Source of the DNA: an uncultured Tissierellia bacterium
GTDB lineage: Bacteria; Bacillota; Clostridia; Tissierellales; Peptoniphilaceae
Reading direction: 5' to 3'
Assembly: GCA_963552605.1 (NCBI GenBank)
Contig: CAUVKI010000012.1
Coordinates: 19,555 to 43,554, forward strand
Length of the DNA: 24,000 nt
Shown piece by piece: positions 17,087 to 24,000 of the stretch. The position numbers and the translations under genes were made by a program. Every line of letters begins with the position of its first letter. Positions within the stretch are counted from its first letter, which is position 1. The notes beneath the pieces were generated by a model, which was not told the DNA's origin, ran no database searches, and saw nothing but the letters and a program-made list of their open reading frames with translations.

Positions 17087-17796
17087 TGGGCGGATATGAA
17101 ATCTCCATCCCCGCATATCAAGGTCCGATCGAAGTGCTTCTATCCTTAATCAACAAACATAAGATTGACATTTACGATATCCCTGTTGCAGAGCTTACGG
17201 ACGAATTTCTTCTGTATATTTCGGAAAATTCTATGGATTTGGATATGGCGACCGAATTTTTGGAAATGGCGTCCACTCTCTTGGAAGTTAAATCAAAGAT
17301 GTTATTATTCCATAAGAGTGATCCTGAAATTTCGGAAGACCCCAGAGAGAAGTTGGTGGAGCAGCTTCTGGAGTATAAGAAAATAAAAATGGCTGCGGGG
17401 GAGCTTAAGAAGTTGGATTTCATAAATTCCAAAATATTTTGTAAAGAACCGGAGGATTTCTCTGAGGTTTTGAAGATATCGGTCAACCCCCAAAAACTTC
17501 CTCAAGCATTAAACAGACTTATTCTAAAAACTGAGAATAAAAAACCGGCTGAAAAGCCGCTTTTCCGTGAAACTTATACGGTCGAGGATGCCATATCGGA
17601 TTTAATGAGTTTTACAAATGAAAAAAAGGAATTTGTTTTTAGCGAGATACCGAATGTATTCTGTTCTCCGCCCAAATTTTTCACTTTGTTTATGGCATTG
17701 CTTGAACTTGTGCGTCAGAAGAGAATTAAGGCAATGCAAAGCGTCCCCTATGGCGAGATAGTTGTCCGAGATGTGAGTGAAGAAAATGGAACTTAA
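17083..17796 (+). CDS. scpA: Segregation and condensation protein A
   Basis: YQGPIEVLLSLINKHKIDIYDIPVAELTDEFLLYI...LDMATEFLEMASTLLEVKSKMLL; followed by scpB. Confidence 0.93.
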   Translation: MMGGYEISIPAYQGPIEVLLSLINKHKIDIYDIPVAELTDEFLLYISENSMDLDMATEFLEMASTLLEVKSKMLLFHKSDPEISEDPREKLVEQLLEYKKIKMAAGELKKLDFINSKIFCKEPEDFSEVLKISVNPQKLPQALNRLILKTENKKPAEKPLFRETYTVEDAISDLMSFTNEKKEFVFSEIPNVFCSPPKFFTLFMALLELVRQKRIKAMQSVPYGEIVVRDVSEENGT

Positions 17797-18310
17797 AAAC
17801 AGGATAGAGGCATTATTGTTCGCCTCGGGAGAAAAATTTAGTATAGAAGAACTTTCCCATATGCTTTCGAGTAATGTAAACGACATAGAAAAAGCCGCCT
17901 TGGAGCTTGCTGCGGATTATGAAACACACGCAATTTCTCTGAGAAGATTTGGAAATTATCTTAGACTTGCAACCAAACCTGAATATTTCGATACAATAAA
18001 AGTCATAACAGATATAAAAACTCCGAAGCTTCTAACGGATACTCAACTTGAGGCACTGTCGATAATTGCATACAGACAGCCCGTGGACAAACTTGAGATA
18101 GAAAAAATCAGGGGAGTGAGGAGTGAAAAGGTTATAAATTCTCTATTGGATAAAAAAATGATTGAGGAGATTAAAAGCGGAGAGTCGTTTCTCTACAAGA
18201 CGACTGATGAATTTTTGAGAGCTTTCGGCTTTAATTCCCTTTCGGATTTGCCCGATATAGGTTTTGTTAAGGAAAAAAAAGATGCGACTTCAGAAATTTC
18301 TCTCAAATAG
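17777..18310 (+). CDS. scpB: Segregation and condensation protein B (start may be ATG at 17786)
   Basis: IEALLFASGEKFSIEELSHML...LTDTQLEALSIIAYRQPVDKLEIEKIRGVRSEKVINSLLDKKMIEE. Confidence 0.93.
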   Translation: MKKMELKNRIEALLFASGEKFSIEELSHMLSSNVNDIEKAALELAADYETHAISLRRFGNYLRLATKPEYFDTIKVITDIKTPKLLTDTQLEALSIIAYRQPVDKLEIEKIRGVRSEKVINSLLDKKMIEEIKSGESFLYKTTDEFLRAFGFNSLSDLPDIGFVKEKKDATSEISLK

Positions 18311-18986
18311 CGGAATTGCCAGCCGAAGAAAATCCGAGGAGCTGATTTCCGAGGGAAGGGTTGCAGTTAACGGAACAGTAATCAGCGAAAAAGGTGTTAA
18401 GGTTTCGGAAAAAGATATTGTGTCGGTTGACGGAAAAATTGTAAGTTTAACTTCAAATAAGCTCTATATCATCTTTAATAAGCCGGTGGGAGTTATCACC
18501 ACCGTTTCTGACGATAGAGGAAGAAAAACCGTTATGGATTTTTTTAAAGGTATAGATGAAAGAATTTTTCCGGTGGGAAGACTTGATAAGGATACTTCGG
18601 GACTTTTGCTTTTGACAAATGACGGACTTTTAACCGAGAGGTTGACGCACCCCTCATTCGGCATAGAAAAGACTTATCTGGTAGATTGCAAAGGCTCTCT
18701 TAGCCGTGAAGATATGATGTCGATAAGAGAGGGGATTTTTATTGACGGAAAGAAAACTTCCAAGGCAAAACTGAAAAAAATCGCTGATGAAAAATATGAA
18801 ATCACTTTACACGAGGGAAGAAACAGAGAAGTGAGAAAACTTTTTTCCGCCGTTGGTCATAATGTGGTGTCGCTTAAACGGATAAGGTATGATTTTTTGA
18901 ACCTTAACGGTCTACCCGCGGGAAAATGGAGATTCTTAAAAAAAGAAGAAGCGGAGGGGTTGAAAAAAAGTTGCAAACTGTTGTAA
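18264..18986 (+). CDS. rluB: RluB/RsuA-family rRNA pseudouridine synthase
   Basis: MRLQKFLSNSGIASRRKSEELISEGRVAVNG...FPVGRLDKDTSGLLLLTNDGLLTERLTHPSFGIEKTYLV. Confidence 0.88.
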   Translation: MLRKKKMRLQKFLSNSGIASRRKSEELISEGRVAVNGTVISEKGVKVSEKDIVSVDGKIVSLTSNKLYIIFNKPVGVITTVSDDRGRKTVMDFFKGIDERIFPVGRLDKDTSGLLLLTNDGLLTERLTHPSFGIEKTYLVDCKGSLSREDMMSIREGIFIDGKKTSKAKLKKIADEKYEITLHEGRNREVRKLFSAVGHNVVSLKRIRYDFLNLNGLPAGKWRFLKKEEAEGLKKSCKLL

Positions 18987-20206
18987 TAGGGGGGGGACCC
19001 GCAGGAATGATGGCTTCGATTGCCGCATCCGAACATTCGGAGGTTGAGCTTATCGAGCAAAACGAAAAACTCGGAAAAAAATTATACCTCACAGGTAAGG
19101 GAAGATGTAATATAACAAATGCCGAGCCCATTGAAAATTTTTTTTCCAAAATTCCTACCAATCCCAAGTTTCTTTATCACGCTTTTTCCGAATTTGATAA
19201 TAACGATTTGATTTCATTTATGAATTCTCATAAGCTTAAAACCAAAATTGAGCGAGGCGGCAGAGTCTTTCCCCTGTCGGATAAATCTTCAGATGTGATA
19301 AAAGCTCTTGAACTTGCACTTAAAGAATGCGGAGTGAAGATAAATTTAAATGAAAAAGTTCTTTCGATTAAGAATAACGGTAGGTTTTCGATAAAGACCT
19401 CTTTGAGAAACCTATGTGCGGATAGGGTCGTGCTTGCAAGCGGCGGGGTTTCGTACCCCTCGACAGGTTCTTCGGGAGACGGATATAAGTTTTTGAGAGA
19501 ACTGGGGGTGGAAATTGTCAAACCTCGTGTCGGATTAGCTCCTATACTTCTTAAAGACAGTTGGGTGGGAGAGCTTTCGGGGATAACGCTTAAAAATGTG
19601 AAGCTTACGGTTAGGGAAGTTCAAAAGACCAAGCCGATTTTTTCGGAAGTGGGAGAACTTCTCTTTACGCACACCGGAATTTCCGGTCCCCTTGTTTTGA
19701 AAGCAAGTTCGCTTATTAGAGGAGAGTGCTTGCTGACTTTGGATTTGAAACCTGCGATTGAAACGGATGAATTGGAGAATAGGCTGATTGAGGACTTATC
19801 CCTTAATAAAAATCAGAATATTGAAAATGCTTTGGAAAGGCTTACCGTAAGAAGACTTTTGCCTGTGATAATTGAACTTTCGGGAATTTCCAAAACGAAA
19901 AAAGCCAATCAGGTTTCAAAGGAGGAGCGCAAAGCTCTGGTCAGTTATATTAAAAAAATGCCTATTAATTTCAAAGAGCTTGCAGGGTTCAATGAGGCGA
20001 TTATAACAAGCGGCGGAGTTTCCGTTAAGGAAATCAATCCGAAAACTATGGAATTAAAAAAAATTCCCGGGCTTTATGTGGCAGGAGAGATAATTGACGT
20101 GGACGCATTCACCGGAGGATATAATCTGCAAATTGCTTTCTCCACCGGTTATACGGCAGGCGCGGGTATAGGAGGCGAAAATGAAAATAATAAGAGGTGC
20201 GATTGA
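18926..20206 (+). CDS. HI0933-like / aminoacetone oxidase family FAD-binding protein (true start probably downstream, about 18960-18971)
   Basis: TVVIGGGPAGMMASIAASEHSEVELIEQNEKLGKKLYLTGKGRCNITN...GGVSYPSTGSSGDG...AGEIIDVDAFTGGYNLQIAFSTGYTAG. Confidence 0.9.
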   Translation: MEILKKRRSGGVEKKLQTVVIGGGPAGMMASIAASEHSEVELIEQNEKLGKKLYLTGKGRCNITNAEPIENFFSKIPTNPKFLYHAFSEFDNNDLISFMNSHKLKTKIERGGRVFPLSDKSSDVIKALELALKECGVKINLNEKVLSIKNNGRFSIKTSLRNLCADRVVLASGGVSYPSTGSSGDGYKFLRELGVEIVKPRVGLAPILLKDSWVGELSGITLKNVKLTVREVQKTKPIFSEVGELLFTHTGISGPLVLKASSLIRGECLLTLDLKPAIETDELENRLIEDLSLNKNQNIENALERLTVRRLLPVIIELSGISKTKKANQVSKEERKALVSYIKKMPINFKELAGFNEAIITSGGVSVKEINPKTMELKKIPGLYVAGEIIDVDAFTGGYNLQIAFSTGYTAGAGIGGENENNKRCD

Positions 20207-21173
20207 TGTTTCAAATAACGCTCAAGAAGCTATTGAGAGTGCGGCAAGAGAGCTGTTGAACGCCATAGTTGAAAGAAATGAATTACATAGAGAAGAAGTT
20301 GAGGGGATATTTTTTACTCTTACAAAAGATTTGACGGCGGCAAATCCTGCAAAAACCGCTCGTGAATTTACGAATGCATCGCTGATGTGCTTTCAGGAGG
20401 CTGACATTGAGGGCGGAATGGAGATGTGCTTAAGAGCGGCGGTATTTGCCGAAACGGATAAAAAAATCCCCGTCTACCTTGGGAATGCAAAACTTTTAAG
20501 ACCCGATTTGATTATTGACGGAAAAAAAATTCAAATTGCCGTGGACGGACCCGCAGGTTCGGGAAAAAGCACTATATCCAAGATAATCGCCGACAAATTA
20601 AATATAATCTATATTGACACGGGGGCGATGTATCGTGCGGTGACCTACGCCGCATTGAATAGAGAATTGGATTTACAGGATGAAGTTAAGATTTCTGAAT
20701 TGTCGGAGAGTTTGTCGATAGATTTCAGAGATAAGTCGATTTTTTTGGACGGCAAAAATATTGACAAAGAGATAAGAGAAAATATGGTGAGCAGAAATGT
20801 GTCTAAAGTTTCCGCATATGCTAGGGTGAGAAAAAGGCTTGTTGATTTGCAAAGGTTATTTTCGGAAAAAAAATCCGTGATAATGGACGGAAGAGATATA
20901 GGAACAGTTGTTTTTCCGAATGCGGATTTCAAATTCTATCTTGATGCCTCGGCGGAAATTCGAGGGAAGCGAAGATTTTTGGAACTTAGAGAAAAAGGTG
21001 AACATATCCCCCTTGAAAAAATCATTGAGGAGATAAAGACAAGGGATCTCTCGGACTCACAAAGAGAAAACTCTCCGCTTAGAAAAGCCGAGGACGCCAT
21101 TATTATAGATACCGGCGATATGACCGTTGAGGAAGTGGTAAGAGAGATAATAAAGAGAGTGGTTTATGTATAG
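20181..21173 (+). CDS. cmk: Fusion of AroH-type chorismate mutase and cytidylate kinase
   Basis: The N-terminal region (IIRGAIDVSNNAQEAIESAARELL...LTKDLTAANPAKTAREF...LMCFQEADIEGGMEMCLRAAVFAETDKKIPVYLGNAKLLRPDL) matches the AroH pattern. The C-terminal region (IQIAVDGPAGSGKSTISKIIADKL...YIDTGAMYRAVTY...VMDGRDIGTVVFPNADFKFYLDASAEIRGKRR) is Cmk. Confidence 0.92.
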   Translation: MKIIRGAIDVSNNAQEAIESAARELLNAIVERNELHREEVEGIFFTLTKDLTAANPAKTAREFTNASLMCFQEADIEGGMEMCLRAAVFAETDKKIPVYLGNAKLLRPDLIIDGKKIQIAVDGPAGSGKSTISKIIADKLNIIYIDTGAMYRAVTYAALNRELDLQDEVKISELSESLSIDFRDKSIFLDGKNIDKEIRENMVSRNVSKVSAYARVRKRLVDLQRLFSEKKSVIMDGRDIGTVVFPNADFKFYLDASAEIRGKRRFLELREKGEHIPLEKIIEEIKTRDLSDSQRENSPLRKAEDAIIIDTGDMTVEEVVREIIKRVVYV

Positions 21174-21744
21174 TTTTTTTAGAATTATTTTAAAAATTTT
21201 TGTGCTGCCGTTTTTTCGTATAGAGGTATCGGGGAATGTAAATATTCTAAATGACTATGAAAATATCTTGGTTTGCGCAAACCACAGCTCAAATTGGGAT
21301 CCTTTTTTTCTTTCGGGAATTTTCAATCGACAAATTTTTTGGCTTGCAAAGGCTGAATTATTTGAAAATCCTCTATTTAAAGTATTACTTAACGGGCTCG
21401 GAGCAATTCCCGTAAACCGACAAAAAAATGATCTCAAGGCTATAAAATCATCTATTCGCACCCTAAGAGACGGGAAAGTGCTTGGAATTTTTATTGAGGG
21501 AACGAGGGTTAAGGAAGAGGACGCAGGCAATGCAAAATCGGGGACGATTATGATTTCGCAAAAAACCGCTTCTCCCATAATTCCCGTAAAGATTTCCTCT
21601 TCTTATAAAATTTTCAAAAAAACCTTTGTGACGATAGGAGAACCCGTACCGCCGGTTGAAGACGGGAAAGATTATTCCGAACAGGCAAAACAGTTATGGC
21701 GAAATATTTACAGTTTGGACGAAAAGAGAATAAATAATGGTTAG
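21166..21744 (+). CDS. plsC: 1-acyl-sn-glycerol-3-phosphate acyltransferase
   Basis: ILVCANHSSNWDPFFLSGIF (NHxxxxD) and LGIFIEGTRVKE motifs; located between cmk and ispH. Confidence 0.9.
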   Translation: MYSFFRIILKIFVLPFFRIEVSGNVNILNDYENILVCANHSSNWDPFFLSGIFNRQIFWLAKAELFENPLFKVLLNGLGAIPVNRQKNDLKAIKSSIRTLRDGKVLGIFIEGTRVKEEDAGNAKSGTIMISQKTASPIIPVKISSSYKIFKKTFVTIGEPVPPVEDGKDYSEQAKQLWRNIYSLDEKRINNG

Positions 21745-23689
21745 GGTGGCAAAAACTGCGGGATTTTGTTTCGGGGTAAGGCGTGCCGTCGAGCTTACAA
21801 AAAAAATCTCCGAGAAAACGGATCTTCCAATCTATATCTACGGAGATCTTGTTCATCACCCCGCTGTGGTGGATTATTTCTTAAAGAGAGGCTGTCGGAC
21901 TATATATGATTTGGAAGATTTTAAATCTTTACCCAAGGGAAGAGTGATAATAAGAGCTCACGGAGTTACGCCGAGAGAAGAAATGGAAATAAAAAAAAAG
22001 CATATGATTTTTGATTCGACCTGTGTATTTGTAAAAAGTATTCATAATAGTGTTGAAAATTTTTCAAAAAAAGGTTATAATGTGGTGATAGTGGGGGACT
22101 GTGAGCACCCTGAGGTCAAGGGAATAGCAGGGTGCGTTTCTTCTAAAGTTTACATTATTTCTTCTAAAGAGGAAGCTGTGGGAACTTCTTTTGAAGAACC
22201 TCTTTATTGTGTGGCTCAGACCACTTTTCGCAAAGAGAAGTTTGACGAAATAAAAGAGTCTTTGACTGAGAGATTTCCAAAGCTCATTTATAAAAACACC
22301 ATTTGCACGGCAACAACCGAAAGGCAAAATGAGTGTTTGGAGCTTTCGCTTAAGTCCGATGTTATGGTTGTGGTGGGCGGAAAGAACAGTTCAAATTCAA
22401 GAAAGCTTTTCGATATCGCAAAAGAAATTTCCAAAGAGGCTTATTTTGTTGAAAATGCAAGCGAGCTTTTAAGTTTTGGAATAAGATCCCCGAATATCGG
22501 AATTACGGCAGGTGCTTCCACGCCTGATGAAATAATTGAGGAGGTAGAGATGACTATGAATGAACAAAACGGAAACGAGATGAGCATGGAGGTGGTAGAC
22601 AATTCCTTTAGGAAAATTTTCAAGGGTGATGTCATTAAAGGGACTGTGTTGTATGTCAATGAAAATGAAGTGAGCGTGAATATCAACTATAAGTCGGACG
22701 GTATCATAGATAAAGACGAAATATCAAACGACCCTGTTGACCCTCGTGAATTGTTCCAACCGGGGCAGGAGATTGATGTCTATGTCCTGAAAGTGGACGA
22801 TGCGGAGGGAATGGTTACGCTCTCTTATAAAAAGGTCTTGGAAGGTCAGCAATGGGAGGAACTTGAGAAAAAGTTTGAAGAAAAATCCGATGTGCAGTGC
22901 AACGTGATTTCCCCGATTAAGGGAGGGTTGTCGGTATCCTGCAACGGTCTTAGGGGATTTATGCCCGCTTCTCAAGTAGAACTTAGCTATGTGGACGACT
23001 TTTCAAAATACAAGGGGCAGACTCTTACCTGTCGCATAATTGACTTTGATAAGGCAAAGAGAAGGCTGCTGGTTTCAAAAAAAGTGGTTGACAAAGAGCT
23101 TCGTGAGGCTAGACTTGAGGAATTGTGGAATTCCTTTGAGGAAGGTCAGATTATACACGGAAGAGTTGAAAGACTGGTTGATTTCGGCGCATTTGTAGAT
23201 GTGGGAGGAATTGACGGACTGGTTCATATTTCGGACTTGGCATGGAGGAGGGTGCGTAAGCCCTCGGACGTTGTGAAAGTCGGAGATGAGGTTGACACAA
23301 AGATCCTTGCGATAGATCGTGAGAGAAATCGTATATCCTTGGGAATAAAGCAAACTGTTGAGGAACCTTGGAAAGTGTTTATGAATAATAACCATGTCGG
23401 AGATGTGGTAGAGGGAAAAGTTGTGAGCCTCTTGGACTTCGGAGCTTTTGTGACACTTCAGAGCGGAGTGGACGGATTATTGCATATTTCTCAAATTTCC
23501 AAAGAACATATCGAAAAGCCTTCCGATGTACTTAAAGAGGGTCAATCCGTCTATGTGAAGATCACTGAGATAAATGAGGAGAAGAGAAAGATAAGTCTTT
23601 CGATACGCGCGATTAAACCCTTGCAGATGCCCGGTGCGGAAAGTGAGGAAAACGGCGAAGCTTGCCCTGTAGAAACTTCGGAAGAATAA
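21737..23689 (+). CDS. ispH: Fusion of 4-hydroxy-3-methylbut-2-enyl diphosphate reductase (IspH) and four-S1-domain ribosomal protein S1-like region
   Basis: AKTAGFCFGVRRAVELTKKI...VIVGDCEHPEVKGIAG...ICTATTERQNE (IspH), then four S1 motifs at GDVIKGTVLYVNENEVSVNI, VQCNVISPIKGGLSVS, GQIIHGRVERLVDFGAFVDVGGIDGLVHISDLAW and GDVVEGKVVSLLDFGAFVTLQSGVDGLLHISQIS. Confidence 0.95.
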   Translation: MVRVAKTAGFCFGVRRAVELTKKISEKTDLPIYIYGDLVHHPAVVDYFLKRGCRTIYDLEDFKSLPKGRVIIRAHGVTPREEMEIKKKHMIFDSTCVFVKSIHNSVENFSKKGYNVVIVGDCEHPEVKGIAGCVSSKVYIISSKEEAVGTSFEEPLYCVAQTTFRKEKFDEIKESLTERFPKLIYKNTICTATTERQNECLELSLKSDVMVVVGGKNSSNSRKLFDIAKEISKEAYFVENASELLSFGIRSPNIGITAGASTPDEIIEEVEMTMNEQNGNEMSMEVVDNSFRKIFKGDVIKGTVLYVNENEVSVNINYKSDGIIDKDEISNDPVDPRELFQPGQEIDVYVLKVDDAEGMVTLSYKKVLEGQQWEELEKKFEEKSDVQCNVISPIKGGLSVSCNGLRGFMPASQVELSYVDDFSKYKGQTLTCRIIDFDKAKRRLLVSKKVVDKELREARLEELWNSFEEGQIIHGRVERLVDFGAFVDVGGIDGLVHISDLAWRRVRKPSDVVKVGDEVDTKILAIDRERNRISLGIKQTVEEPWKVFMNNNHVGDVVEGKVVSLLDFGAFVTLQSGVDGLLHISQISKEHIEKPSDVLKEGQSVYVKITEINEEKRKISLSIRAIKPLQMPGAESEENGEACPVETSEE

Positions 23690-23695
23690 CCGAAG

Positions 23696-24000
23696 ATGAA
23701 ATACGAAAAATTCAAAACCGATGTCAATCGTCTGATTCGGGTAGATCTCAATCTCTACAAAGAAAAACAGATGAAAAGGCGTCTCACATCTTTGCTTACC
23801 AGAAACGGATTTAAGGATTTTGACGATTACTTTGAAGAAGGTTTGAAAAAAAACAAGGATCTCCTCAATGAATTCATCAACTTTATGACCATCAACGTAT
23901 CGGAATTTTATAGAAATCCCCAGCAATGGCAAGTTTTGAAAGATACGGTCATTCCGGAATTAAGAAAAGAAAATTCCTCGGCATTAAAAGTCTGGAGTGC
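23696..24000 (+). CDS. cheR: CheR-like protein-glutamate methyltransferase, N-terminal part (3' truncated by window)
   Basis: Translation MKYEKFKTDVNRLIRVDLNLYKEKQMKRRLTSLLTRNGFKDFDDYFEEGLKKNKDLLNEFINFMTINVSEFYRNPQQWQVLKDTVIPELRK...LKVWSA contains the CheR hallmarks YK..QM.RR and NVTEFFR-like NVSEFYR. Confidence 0.85.
   Translation, partial: MKYEKFKTDVNRLIRVDLNLYKEKQMKRRLTSLLTRNGFKDFDDYFEEGLKKNKDLLNEFINFMTINVSEFYRNPQQWQVLKDTVIPELRKENSSALKVWS

Noticed and set aside
1-24000. tRNA/rRNA genes, prophage genes or CRISPR-Cas
   Set aside because: No sequence with tRNA-like arms, rRNA signatures, phage structural/integrase genes or Cas genes was recognised; a tRNAscan/phage search was not run.

Overview
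This 24 kb window comes from a low-GC Gram-positive (Clostridia/Tissierellia-like) genome. It starts in the 3' end of rpoB, followed by rpoC. A disrupted accessory stretch (about 4.0-9.5 kb) comes next, then a tightly packed housekeeping gene run: asp23-like, nusB, xseA, xseB, ispA, tlyA, recN, nudF, PNP, M50 protease, scpA, scpB, rluB-like, HI0933-like flavoprotein, aroH-cmk fusion, plsC, ispH-rpsA fusion, and a truncated cheR-like gene. The main accessory observations are: (1) a probable type III (ToxIN/CptIN/AbiQ-like) toxin-antitoxin locus at 8594-9371, with a strong promoter, two diverged 37/42-nt tandem repeats, an attenuator-like terminator, a ToxN-like endoribonuclease gene and a terminator; (2) a frameshifted direct duplication of the 3' end of rpoC including its terminator (5391-6739), separated from intact rpoC by a two-gene minus-strand cassette of unknown function. 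It carries clustered synonymous changes and a compensatory pair change in the terminator stem; (3) three copies of a roughly 80-110 bp repeat family (one with 11-bp perfect terminal inverted repeats) spaced across the accessory stretch, with IS630-like and IS1634-like transposase fragments; (4) a palindromic promoter/leader fused to the rpoC fragment. Two domain fusions (AroH-Cmk and IspH-S1) and a very acidic Asp-rich protein next to efp are also noted. All assignments come from reading the sequence and translations; no searches were run.
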